Source: Candidatus Poribacteria bacterium (GTDB taxonomy: Bacteria > Poribacteria > WGA-4E > WGA-3G). Taken from it: 64,000 bases of DNA. Numbering within the stretch: the first letter of the stretch is position 1; each line of letters starts with the position of its first letter. The position numbers and the translations under genes are program-made. The notes beneath the pieces were generated by a model. It was not told the DNA's origin. It did no database searches and saw nothing but the letters and a program-made list of their open reading frames with translations. Positions 29,311 through 39,137 of the stretch are shown here, in pieces. Location of the stretch: the NCBI GenBank assembly GCA_965205015.1, contig OZ242029.1, positions 5,590,352-5,654,351 on the forward strand, written 5' to 3'.

Positions 29311-30372
29311 CTATAGGGGTAACGAAATTGGAGCACCGATTTGGGAGGAGCGATACGTCGCCTCCGCTAATTCGATGCCGTCTCTTCCGATGCGTCCGTG
29401 AGTTGTCGGTTCTGCTTCACCGGCGATACACTGGAGCCAATGGTTGATGCTCGTTCCCTTTGCCGCGACACCCCAATACCGCTGCTGACGCCGCTCCTCT
29501 GGCATGTTGCGGTAGGTATTATCATCCGGCACAGGCGCAGTGAATTCTTCCGCCTCGGCCATATCATGCGTTTTCCAACGGAGTCCATTCTGAATCAACG
29601 TCGCGGAACCTTTGCTCGTGACGAGACCGTTACCACTGTTCCGGATCTCAGCCGCCCAACTCTTCATCATCATACCGACACCCCCGTTCTTAAAGTGCAC
29701 CGTCAGCACGGCATTGTTTTCTACGGCTTGATCAGGGGACGGATAGGTGCCACCGAGCGGCACATGACTCGTGAACCCGTAAACAGTAGAGGCAGGACCG
29801 TAGAGCCACAACCAAATATCGAGTTCGTGAATCGCTTGCTCCACCAGCATACCCCCCGACTCCGCCTTCACAAAGAGCCACGGATGCCGTTCCGGTGAAA
29901 ACCAACCCACCTGATTCGAATACGTCATCTGCAGCGTGCCGAGCGTGCCATCGTCCAATAACGACTTCAGTTTCATGTACCCCGGATTGAACCGCATCAT
30001 ATAGGCAACCATCAGGAGAACACCCGCCTCTTCAGCAGCAGCGATCATTGCTTCACCCTCCGCAACGTTGCAACACATCGGTTTCTCCATCAAGATATGC
30101 TTGCCAGCGGCGGCGGCAGCACGGGTGATTTCGAGGTGCGGACGTGGATGGACGCAGACATCGACAGCGTCTATATCCCGTCTGTCGAGGAGTGCGCGGT
30201 AGTCCGTGTAGGCATCGGCACCAAACCGATCCGCCTGTTCGTTTGCGGATGCCTCGTTGATGTCTGCGATTGCGACGATGTCTGCGCGTCGCGTCGGTTC
30301 TTCGTAATAAGGGGCGTGGAGACCGCGGAAGATGCCGCCACATCCGATAATGCCAACTCTGATTCTGTCCAT
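29311..30372 (-). CDS. Gfo/Idh/MocA oxidoreductase
   Basis: VGIIGCGGI, KHILMEKP, GGMLVEQAIH; TGATG coupling to the upstream selenoprotein. Confidence 0.92.
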   Translation of the reverse strand: MDRIRVGIIGCGGIFRGLHAPYYEEPTRRADIVAIADINEASANEQADRFGADAYTDYRALLDRRDIDAVDVCVHPRPHLEITRAAAAAGKHILMEKPMCCNVAEGEAMIAAAEEAGVLLMVAYMMRFNPGYMKLKSLLDDGTLGTLQMTYSNQVGWFSPERHPWLFVKAESGGMLVEQAIHELDIWLWLYGPASTVYGFTSHVPLGGTYPSPDQAVENNAVLTVHFKNGGVGMMMKSWAAEIRNSGNGLVTSKGSATLIQNGLRWKTHDMAEAEEFTAPVPDDNTYRNMPEERRQQRYWGVAAKGTSINHWLQCIAGEAEPTTHGRIGRDGIELAEATYRSSQIGAPISLPL

Positions 30373-31142
30373 CAACTTCTCCTTTTTGCCTGCAACTTTC
30401 CTGTTACGGCACACGGAGTGTGCCTACTACTTTTAAGGATCGGGGGAGGGGTCTCGTCCGCTAAAAGTTCGAGTGCCTCAGCGATAATCGCGTGCTGCAA
30501 TTCCGGGTTGTTCGGTTCACCGAGCGGATGTCCAAAACCGTACGGTACCACTAAGGCACGCGGGGGTTTTACTTTTCTCGTAATATTCTCAATAAGGGTA
30601 ATTGAAACCGTAGAAATTCCCGCCGCTTCAACGGCACGTTGTATCAATCCGACGGATTGATTGCACATTGGTCAGACAGGGGTTAAGAACACAACGTCCA
30701 CACCATCGGTTTTAAGCTGCTGTGCAACCTCAGGGGCAGTTTGCGTAATAAGGGTGTGCGGTTTCGTAATGGATCCCATAAAACTGAAGTGCCGACGGTT
30801 CAGAGATCCGATTTTGCCTTCGGTCTCTAACTCTCTGAACCTATCAAGGGGAAACGCGAGGTTCGGATCTGTTTCGAGACCCCGTTCATCGTAAGCCCCA
30901 CTTTTATGTCCGTTTATGAGTGCTTGTGTCTGAATGGAATTTGGAATCTCGCGGTAGGAACAATCTCCGTTCCCAAAGGTTTTTTGCCCCTCAAGCAAAA
31001 AACCAGCGGTTGTAATGAGAGCAACCCTACATTCATTCAATGGCAAGCACAGCGGCGTGTGAGGTGATGCCTTATAACGCCGACCCCGGTAAAGCTTCAT
31101 AAAGAATCGAGATAGTGGATCAAGTTTGCGTAATGGTGCCAT
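30372..31142 (-). CDS. Selenoprotein of the glycine/betaine/D-proline reductase subunit B (GrdB/PrdB) family, 256 aa, Sec at TGA 30672-30674
   Basis: ORFs 30672-31142 and 30372-30668 are in the same frame: FLTPV-TGA-PMCNQSVGLIQRAVEAAGI (UxxC); family motifs RVALITTAG, DPNLAFPLDR, PPRAL...FGHPLG. Confidence 0.88.
30405..30433. repeat. REP family C palindrome, in frame at the selenoprotein C-terminus (SSRHTPCAVT)
   Basis: Minus strand gtag-gcacac-tcc-gtgtgc hairpin. Confidence 0.75.
30640..30671 (-). promoter_or_regulatory. Candidate bacterial SECIS hairpin
   Basis: mRNA UGA CCAAUGUGCA AUCAAUCC-GUC-GGAUUGAU: perfect 8-bp stem (30643-30661) with a G-initiated loop 18 nt after the UGA. Confidence 0.72.
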
Positions 31143-31155
31143 GATGAACCCCGTA

Positions 31156-32181
31156 TTAGCCGTTCGCGAAGATGAGCCGTTTCCTGTTCTGGCACGGGAG
31201 TTGTATCGTCTGTCCGGTTACACCGCTTTCAATCGTCGCAAATCCGATTTCATTGACAGCGGTATAATCATCCCCTGCACAATGCGGAAGCGGACCGCCA
31301 TCAAGGTAATCCGTAATCTGTTTATACGCGACATTGAACGGACCGGCGTTTTCAGGAAGATTAAGGGTCGCGTTCTCAACTAACTTTCCTTCTTTATACA
31401 CAGTCGTGCCGCTATAAAATCCTGCCTGAACGCTGCCTTCGCTACCGAGGACATCGACAGAGAACCCACCACGGGTCCCATGGTTTCCGACATGGAAACC
31501 GATAACACCACTCTCAAATTGAATGGTCGATCCGAGAATCGCCGGTTCAGGTTCATAAGGTTCCGGCACATCTCCACCGCCAGAAACGAATCCAGTCACC
31601 GAAACAGGGTCATAACCAGCAAACTGGCAAATCATGTCCGTCGTATGGATAGCGAAGGAGAGCACACCGCCGCCACAATACCCGATGACGGTTTGCACCT
31701 CACCGATGAGTCCATCCTTGATAAGCGACTGAAGACGGATGAGGTGTGGCGCCCAATGCCGTGTGTAGTCGACAACGATAGGGATGCCTTTCGCGTTAGC
31801 CCCTGCGGTCATCGTATCCACCTCTTCGAGGGAACATCCAGCGGGTTTCTCAAGGAAGATGGCTTTGATGTCCGCCTTCAAGACGTTTTGCATGACCTTG
31901 AAGTGATGCGGTCCGCGCACACAGACAGCAACGATGTCCAAATCTTCACTTTCAAGCATCTGCGTATCTGTTTCGTAATAGTTTATAGAATTGTCTGGGA
32001 AAGCAGGTCCCCATACCTGTTGAAACTCTTCTTGACGTTCCTGAGACATGTCCGCGACTGCGACCAGCTCGGTTGTTTCACAGAAACGGATGCCGCCTGT
32101 GTGGCAATAGGGATACGCGTCATCTGGCGTTGAATAACGGGAGGCGATACTGCCCAATCCGATGATACCGACACGATACAT
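31156..32181 (-). CDS. Gfo/Idh/MocA oxidoreductase
   Basis: MYRVGIIGLGSIA, AIFLEKP; AAGGAG RBS before 32181. Confidence 0.9.
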   Translation of the reverse strand: MYRVGIIGLGSIASRYSTPDDAYPYCHTGGIRFCETTELVAVADMSQERQEEFQQVWGPAFPDNSINYYETDTQMLESEDLDIVAVCVRGPHHFKVMQNVLKADIKAIFLEKPAGCSLEEVDTMTAGANAKGIPIVVDYTRHWAPHLIRLQSLIKDGLIGEVQTVIGYCGGGVLSFAIHTTDMICQFAGYDPVSVTGFVSGGGDVPEPYEPEPAILGSTIQFESGVIGFHVGNHGTRGGFSVDVLGSEGSVQAGFYSGTTVYKEGKLVENATLNLPENAGPFNVAYKQITDYLDGGPLPHCAGDDYTAVNEIGFATIESGVTGQTIQLPCQNRKRLIFANG

Positions 32182-32276
32182 TGGGATTGCTCCTTTTTTG
32201 AGGGTTGTTAATTGAGGATAGCACGAATCTGGGAAATTCGCAACTTGAATAGGAGCATTGACGGGAATTCGTTTGT

Positions 32277-33272
32277 TTATTTCAGTGTGTGCGAGGGTTG
32301 CTTGAGTGTACCCCATAAGGTCGTCTGCGTATTCTTAGTTGGAGAAACAGCGAGAAAACCGGAGGGGACCCACGCGGGGTCACTATCCATTGCTTGATGT
32401 TCCGTGATTTGGCGAGGCGCTCCAACACGATTTGGTGCGATAAGGTAGATATTTGCATCGCGATTTGGGTTACCCCATGGATTTTCAAGTTCCGATTCGT
32501 AGGCAATCCAATGCCCATCCGGGGACCACACTGGATCTTCGCTCCAAGTTTTAAGCGCGGACACTCGCCGATTGTTTTGTCCCTTAGCATTCATGACATA
32601 GATACTGCTCCCACCGCCCCACTCCCATGCGTAATAGGCAATCTTTTCACCGCCAGGCGACCAACTGGGACTGACCCCGAATGCCAATCGTATCGGATTC
32701 CTTCTGTTTACATCCATCACATAGATATCACCGCTGTCATTTCGAATGGAATAGAAAGCAATTTGTTTTCCATCAGGAGACCATGCCGGTGCTGAGTTGT
32801 ATCTTCCCTTATTCGTGAGCCTCTGAAGATTTCCGCCGGTAGCATCTATTTTGTAGAGGTCATAGTTCTCCTTAACGTTCCCTTCTCGATTCGACGAAAA
32901 AGCAATCCAGTGCCCATCTGGAGACCAGGCGGGTTTGTTGTCGCTGGCTGGGTGGCTTGTCAACCGGCGTGTTTCGTTCTTATTTAAATCCATCACATAA
33001 ATATCAGCTTTTCCATCTCGGTGCGACACATAAGCGAAAGCACGACCATTCGGGGACCACGTTGCGGAATGCGCCGCGACTGGATCATCCGTGAGACGGC
33101 GGAGATCTGTACCATCGGTACCAATGATATAGATGTCCAGTTTTCCCGTCCGGTTTGAGGAGAAGGAGATATATTGTTTGTCCAGGACTTGCGCGCTGAG
33201 GTTCCTCACAAAAAAACTGCTACATAATGCTAACGTGAATCCCAAAAATAGATGCGTGCGTTTGATTTTCAT
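32277..33272 (-). CDS. Secreted TolB-like PD40-repeat propeller with C-terminal WGxxK motif
   Basis: Repeated PAWSPDG..IAF; signal peptide; tail AVSPTKNTQTTLWGTLKQ. Confidence 0.9.
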   Translation of the reverse strand: MKIKRTHLFLGFTLALCSSFFVRNLSAQVLDKQYISFSSNRTGKLDIYIIGTDGTDLRRLTDDPVAAHSATWSPNGRAFAYVSHRDGKADIYVMDLNKNETRRLTSHPASDNKPAWSPDGHWIAFSSNREGNVKENYDLYKIDATGGNLQRLTNKGRYNSAPAWSPDGKQIAFYSIRNDSGDIYVMDVNRRNPIRLAFGVSPSWSPGGEKIAYYAWEWGGGSSIYVMNAKGQNNRRVSALKTWSEDPVWSPDGHWIAYESELENPWGNPNRDANIYLIAPNRVGAPRQITEHQAMDSDPAWVPSGFLAVSPTKNTQTTLWGTLKQPSHTLK

Positions 33273-33663
33273 TTTTCAAATTCCTCCCAAAAATTCACTT
33301 ACCACAGTTAGAGGGTTAATCAGAAATATAACGACTGTGAGTATCAACGGAATACCTCCTGACACAACGCCGTTACTACTAAAGTTATTGTAGCAAGTAT
33401 GATGCCAATTCCCAATCAGTGAGGATAGCGAGCTGAGACTTTGAGTTCCATCTTCGCGAGCCAACTATTTTGTCAAAGCATGAACATTGTTGTCCATAAT
33501 TTGAACATTTTGTATATCTTTCAGTTTATATTGTCTTATTCAGACTGCCTCCGTAAATTGTGGTATCGGTTGAATTTGTACTACAACCTATTGTAAAATA
33601 GATATACGACTTGTGCAAGTTTGGGCAATTTGTATGTTTCTTAAAGGAATAATCACATATCTC

Positions 33664-36600
33664 ATGCGACTTTTAATATCACTCACCCTTATTTCCCTTA
33701 TCGTTGGCACTTCTGTGTTCGCGGACCCATGGTTGTGCGGGACACCCCTCCTGCATCAAGAACACATCAACCAACTCCCCCTTGAAGAGATTCCCGCGGC
33801 ACCCGCGGCACCTGTTCAGATTGGACAGGTAGAGCGATTCTTTATTCATATTCCTGAGACAGAGATAATGGCCACCTGTATTGCCAAGAGCGAACACCTC
33901 TATGTCTATGTCGACAATTCCCTGCGCGATCTGTTCACGGATGCCGAAGCTGCTGCCGTCGCAAGAGAATTCGACAACCGCATCTATCCAGACGTTCGAA
34001 AATGGATGGGAACGGAATGGAAACCCGGAATCGACAGGGACAACCGCATCACATTGCTGATGCACGATGTCGGTATGAACCAATCTGGGAAGGACTACGG
34101 TGGATATTTCGCACCGGCCGATCAGTTGCCGACATTGCCAAATAGCAACCGCCGTGAAATGCTCTATATGGACGTTTTTCAGTTCAGAGAACGAGATCGA
34201 CATACTTTTTATAGCAGTCTCGCACACGAATTCGCACATCTCATCAATTGGTTCCAGAACGGCGGGACGACTGACCAGCGGTGGTTAGAGGAAGGCACTG
34301 CGAGCTTTGTCGAATGGGCGGTTTACGGCACTGTGCATAACATCTTTGTCGATGGTTATCTGGCAAACCCCAGTGTTTCGCTTGCCTATACAAACACACC
34401 GGATGTGTATTACGGCGGTGCCTTTATGCTCATGCTCTACCTCTATGAACAGTATGGAGGACCGGAATTCATTCGCCGTATTATAGAGACGGACGCACTC
34501 GGTGAACACGCGATTGACGCTGCCTTGGAAGATGGCGGAAGAAGTGACAGATTCCCCGAAGTCTTCCTAAAATGGGGGCTTGCGAATTGGGTGAATACAC
34601 AGGCGCAAAACAAACAACTCGGCTACGCGTCCCTACGGGACCGAAAGGTAAGTGCTATAACACCACGCGTCCGCAGTTACCCGAACGAGGCAAATAATAT
34701 TCCCATCGACCAATGGAGTGCACACTATATTGTTTTTCAGAACCTACCTAAAACCTTGGATCTATCCGTGATCGGCAACGGCTCAGGAAACCTCTACGCG
34801 ACAACCCTTTATCTGCCGTCCAACGGACGTCCAGTCGTTACACCCATCCCATTTAACACGAAAAACAGAGGACATTTGCGCCGTGAAGGGCTCCTGCGCG
34901 ACGGTGAGATTGTGCTAATGGTAACCGCGGATGTTCCACAGACCTTCCGCTATGTCGCGGTGGATTTGCCCGCCGCCAACAACGCTGATGGAGTAGATGC
35001 GCCACGACAACGTGTGTCGGATACTGCACCTGACGCTGTAACCTACGCCCTCGGCAATCTCACCCAACCGAGTGCTTCGCTCGCGAAACTTACACCGGAA
35101 ACGCAACTTGAACCGAGAGCGCAAATCCATCTTGCCAGTGATTATATCGATATTGTAATCGGGGGTCCGAATGCCTCTCATCTTTACGCGGCGAGTGATT
35201 GGGGGCTCGAAATCTTCACGTTGATAGAACCGACACAACCCGTCCGAATCGGTGAGATTGCCACGCCGGGTAGGGCACGATCTATTGCTGTTGAGGGCAA
35301 CACCGCTTACGTCGCTGACGGTACTGCAGGCGTACAGGTCATTGATATCGCAGTCCCGAGCAAACCGAGTCTTGTAAAGACGCTCGGAGGGTTCACGAAT
35401 GCCCACAGAGTTCGAGTCGCCGATGACAAACTATACGCACTCGACCATGAGCGTGGCATGCTTGTTTTCAATTTACCGGATGTCCACAACATGCAAATCC
35501 CGAGACCCCGACGTTTCTTTCGCACTGCAGGCACACCGATCAATGTTACCATTCACAACGATACTGTCTATTTCAGTGATGACAGACACGGACTTCTTAT
35601 TCTCAAGCCAAGTCCATTCGGTGATTTTGTTGTGCGCAGCGTTGTGCCAATTTTAGCCACTGCCCATCAGGTCGAAGAAACAGGCGGGACGATCCACGCC
35701 TATGTCGCCTCAGGCAACCTCATCTTGGTGGATGTTACGGATGACCAAAACCCGGAAATAGATTTTCGCCTTAATACGCCAGGACTCACAACAGGTATTC
35801 AATTCCGGAACAACACCGTCTATCTTACAGACAGACAAGCAGGACTTCATGTTATCAACGTGCGTAACCCCCAACAGCCGCGGCGCATTTCTACACAATC
35901 TACATTTGGCAATGCAACCGAGATCGTCCTCAGAGATACACTCGCTTATGTCGCTGATGGAAAGGGCGGAATTCAAACAATAGACATCAGCGAATCAGAA
36001 TCGCCGAAATGGTTACATCGGTACGCCTCCGGGGGCGCAGCTTATGGACTTGACGTTGTTGAAACAGACACAGGGGACCGGACTGTCTACGTCGCAAACG
36101 GTGTAGGTGGATTGAAAACCCTCGAATTTACGACCCCTTATCACGGCACTGTGACCAAAAAACTGCCGCTGCCTACGAATATCATCACCACTAACAACCA
36201 GTTTGAGGCTGCCAACTGCACTAAAATTCGCGTCCAAGACGGTCACGGATTTGTTGCCACTGAGACTGGAATGTATGTTGTTAATCTTGCCACAGATACG
36301 ATTGCAGCGCATATTCCGACAACTTCGCCTGTTTCGGACATCGCGTTACACGAAGGCTACGCCTATCTCTGTGCAGGATCCCTAATTGTTGTTGATAGCC
36401 GAGTCCCTCAGCAAAGCAGAATCGTATCCAAACGCGACATGCCAGGGAGCGCTTATCGCGTTGTCGTTGATGCAAATCCACCCGCACACGCGTATGTTGC
36501 CGCTCTTGAAGGCGGATTGCAGATATTCGACCTTACAGGATTGGCGGTCCCGCGTCTGGTCGGAAATCACGCCACACAAGGAAATGCAACAGGCATCGCG

Positions 36601-37251
36601 CTCGCGGATGAACGTGCGTATCTATTGGACAGTAGCATCGGTGTGGCAGTGCTTGATGTGTCTGAACCGAACAACCCGCAGTTGCAAGACGCATACGATA
36701 ACGACGTCCTCCCTATCGATGTGAAAGTAAACGCAACCTCTCTCTATCTACTCGATAGCAATAGCGTTCAAGTAATTGACACACGCACGTTGACAGCCAC
36801 TTCCAGCTTTCGTGGACTCAGGTTCCCTTTTGAATTGCAGCTGGTAGGGAGTACCCTCTATGTGGCGGATCTGTACCAACTTCGTATCTTCCGTGTGCAC
36901 CCAGAAGGTTACTCGCTTGCTGTGGAAGACCCCGCGCAATCCGACTGGATTCCCAACGCCGTTAAGCCTACGTTAGTCAACCGTTTAAGCCAAAATTTTC
37001 CTAACCCATTTAACCCAGAGACATGGATCCCGTATCAACTCGCCTCAGATACGAACGTGTCCCTTCATATTTATGACGCTCAAGGGCGGCGTATCTATTT
37101 TAAAGCACTTGGCTACCGCAAGGCAGGTTCACACACCGTTCATTGGGACGGTCGCAACGCTGCCGGTGAATCTGTCGCGAGCGGTGTATATTTTTATACA
37201 ATTCACACTGGAACTTTCCATGCGACTCGGAAAATGCTCATCAAAAGGTGA
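33664..37251 (+). CDS. Large secreted Zn-metallopeptidase (HEFAH..WLEEG) with LVIVD repeats and a FlgD-Ig/T9SS-CTD-like tail
   Basis: Signal peptide; gluzincin motif; YVADG..G.Q.IDI repeats; NFPNPFNPETWIPYQL...WDGRN..GE.VASGVYFY. Confidence 0.85.
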   Translation: MRLLISLTLISLIVGTSVFADPWLCGTPLLHQEHINQLPLEEIPAAPAAPVQIGQVERFFIHIPETEIMATCIAKSEHLYVYVDNSLRDLFTDAEAAAVAREFDNRIYPDVRKWMGTEWKPGIDRDNRITLLMHDVGMNQSGKDYGGYFAPADQLPTLPNSNRREMLYMDVFQFRERDRHTFYSSLAHEFAHLINWFQNGGTTDQRWLEEGTASFVEWAVYGTVHNIFVDGYLANPSVSLAYTNTPDVYYGGAFMLMLYLYEQYGGPEFIRRIIETDALGEHAIDAALEDGGRSDRFPEVFLKWGLANWVNTQAQNKQLGYASLRDRKVSAITPRVRSYPNEANNIPIDQWSAHYIVFQNLPKTLDLSVIGNGSGNLYATTLYLPSNGRPVVTPIPFNTKNRGHLRREGLLRDGEIVLMVTADVPQTFRYVAVDLPAANNADGVDAPRQRVSDTAPDAVTYALGNLTQPSASLAKLTPETQLEPRAQIHLASDYIDIVIGGPNASHLYAASDWGLEIFTLIEPTQPVRIGEIATPGRARSIAVEGNTAYVADGTAGVQVIDIAVPSKPSLVKTLGGFTNAHRVRVADDKLYALDHERGMLVFNLPDVHNMQIPRPRRFFRTAGTPINVTIHNDTVYFSDDRHGLLILKPSPFGDFVVRSVVPILATAHQVEETGGTIHAYVASGNLILVDVTDDQNPEIDFRLNTPGLTTGIQFRNNTVYLTDRQAGLHVINVRNPQQPRRISTQSTFGNATEIVLRDTLAYVADGKGGIQTIDISESESPKWLHRYASGGAAYGLDVVETDTGDRTVYVANGVGGLKTLEFTTPYHGTVTKKLPLPTNIITTNNQFEAANCTKIRVQDGHGFVATETGMYVVNLATDTIAAHIPTTSPVSDIALHEGYAYLCAGSLIVVDSRVPQQSRIVSKRDMPGSAYRVVVDANPPAHAYVAALEGGLQIFDLTGLAVPRLVGNHATQGNATGIALADERAYLLDSSIGVAVLDVSEPNNPQLQDAYDNDVLPIDVKVNATSLYLLDSNSVQVIDTRTLTATSSFRGLRFPFELQLVGSTLYVADLYQLRIFRVHPEGYSLAVEDPAQSDWIPNAVKPTLVNRLSQNFPNPFNPETWIPYQLASDTNVSLHIYDAQGRRIYFKALGYRKAGSHTVHWDGRNAAGESVASGVYFYTIHTGTFHATRKMLIKR

Positions 37252-37419
37252 ATCTTCTACACTTGCTTCGGGCAATTGTTGTGGCGTAGAAAACCCTCCG
37301 AATCTTTGGACACACGTCCCAAACAACGAAAAAAATTTTGTAACCCCAACGGACAAAAGGCGTTGAATTATTTAGTTTGATACGATATTACTAAATTCTT
37401 GTTCGGTCTTAATTATATA

Positions 37420-37513
37420 CAGAACTTACGCAGCATCCTTTGCTGGGCGAGGTTTGAAACCTCAACAGCGGCGTGTGGGCCGTAGGTCTTCCATAGAAAT
37501 TGCGTAAGTCCTA
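37420..37513. mobile_element. ~94-bp MITE, copy 2 (inverted), TSD ATATA
   Basis: CAGAACTTACGCA...TGCGTAAGTCCTA flanked by ATATA at 37415-19 and 37514-18. Confidence 0.85.
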
Positions 37514-37552
37514 ATATACCTACGGTGAGAGATTTGCGAAGAGGAGCATAAC

Positions 37553-39133
37553 ATGTCCAAGAACAGCGTAACAGGTCGTTTTCGAGATATTGAGATAGCA
37601 TTTAGTATTGAAGGCTCCTGTACCTATATGAGTATCCGGAATCTGATCAACGACGAAAGACACGTGCGGTTAATGTATCAGAAATTAGCCATGAGTGGAC
37701 TCGCTAATTGGAGGCAGTTCCAGTTAACCAGTACACCTGTCTTGCTGCGCCTCCCAGCGGAGGTCCTCGAAGCCCATCGACTCACCTTTTTTATTGATAA
37801 CACGGAACCTATTTCTGCGCGTGTTGAAAAAATAGTGACGGAATTGGATCAACTCAAAGCGAAGTTGGCAGCAGAAGATTTAGGAGATGACCTCGTACCT
37901 GTAGACGACCCAGCCCCCTTGAAGAACCACAGTAACGTAGACGCACACACCCATCTCGAGTCTGAGACTACGACAACACAACACGTTAAAAAAGGAGTCG
38001 TTCCCCCCAGGCCCAAAACAATAGAAGAACACCTTGAAAAAGCAGTCGCTCCGCCAGCACCCGAACCCATAGAAGAACCCGTCACTCCGAGTGATCCCGA
38101 AGCAGATACAGTGGAATCGGAACAACTGATCCACCCTGAAAAAGAACAAGACCTGACGGAAGAATCCTCGTCCATACGTATGATTCCCAAATTACCCGCA
38201 GTCCCCGTAGACCCTACGCTTGAGTTTAAAATCAAAATTCCATCTCTGCCAGTAAGCGCACTGGCAAAGCAGCAGAAATCGCAGGCGACTACAGAACCTA
38301 ATGCCGGCAGTGCCGATTCAAAACAGAATAGGAAAGGTATCTTTGGTCAGTTTGCTCAAGCATTAGGACTTTCCGCCAACGGAAGACGCGGCAAGGCTTA
38401 CTATCAAGAAAGAAGCGAAGCGATTCAAGACGAATTTCAAGATAAACTCTCTAAGTTAGAAAGGGATTACAATGAAGGCTACGGGCTCAATCTCACGCAT
38501 TGGGATATGGAAACGCTCTGTGAAGAGGAAATCGCAATTTTGCTGCTTAACCTTATGGTGGCTGAGGTGATCGCATGGGAGAAAAATGTAGGGCGTAGTA
38601 CCCCTGAAGCCAAGCAGCTGGGTGAAATCCTCACTGAGGTCGGCATGCGACTCAGACAGACACTCAAACAGACGCGTGGTATTTCTACGCCTGCACCCAC
38701 ATTGTTCCCGGATCTCCTCGCCGAAAACGCGCGCGATTTGGAGAAAATTCAGAGTGAGTGTGACGCCTATCTCAAACGTTTCACGAAAAAGTTAACCGAT
38801 CAGGAAAAGAAACACGCAGCGAAAATTGAAGTGATCGTTTTCAGGAAGTTTCTCATCGAGTTCGTCCGCGATTTTCTTTTCGTTGAGATTGCCAAAAATA
38901 CGAACGGTAACGCGTTACCTAAACGGCTCACTTGGTTTTTAGATCTCGTTGATTCCGAAGTCATTCCGATTGAAATCGGGACAACGAAAGTATCAACTAA
39001 CCACCACAAGGTAAAAGGCGCCTGCGCCAGTGAATTCGAGTCAGGAACCATCGTTGAGGTCGTCACACCAGGCTTGCAATCCAAGGATGGAAAACGGGTC
39101 AGTCAAATGGCTGTTGTTATTGAAGCGGAGTAG
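37553..39133 (+). CDS. Hypothetical protein with Pro/Glu-rich linker, helical region and GrpE-like C-terminal beta domain
   Basis: GAGGAG RBS; C-terminus GTIVEVVTPGLQSKDGKRVSQMAVV resembles the GrpE head. Confidence 0.65.
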   Translation: MSKNSVTGRFRDIEIAFSIEGSCTYMSIRNLINDERHVRLMYQKLAMSGLANWRQFQLTSTPVLLRLPAEVLEAHRLTFFIDNTEPISARVEKIVTELDQLKAKLAAEDLGDDLVPVDDPAPLKNHSNVDAHTHLESETTTTQHVKKGVVPPRPKTIEEHLEKAVAPPAPEPIEEPVTPSDPEADTVESEQLIHPEKEQDLTEESSSIRMIPKLPAVPVDPTLEFKIKIPSLPVSALAKQQKSQATTEPNAGSADSKQNRKGIFGQFAQALGLSANGRRGKAYYQERSEAIQDEFQDKLSKLERDYNEGYGLNLTHWDMETLCEEEIAILLLNLMVAEVIAWEKNVGRSTPEAKQLGEILTEVGMRLRQTLKQTRGISTPAPTLFPDLLAENARDLEKIQSECDAYLKRFTKKLTDQEKKHAAKIEVIVFRKFLIEFVRDFLFVEIAKNTNGNALPKRLTWFLDLVDSEVIPIEIGTTKVSTNHHKVKGACASEFESGTIVEVVTPGLQSKDGKRVSQMAVVIEAE

Positions 39134-39137
39134 AGAC

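Noticed and set aside
30672-30674. Premature stop suggesting a pseudogene
   Set aside because: The TGA falls at the family's U/C-x-x-C active site and is followed by a SECIS-like hairpin, so it is better explained as Sec.
33276-33464. 62-aa ORF upstream of the TolB-like gene
   Set aside because: TTG start, no RBS, no recognisable motif; lies in an AT-rich divergent promoter region.
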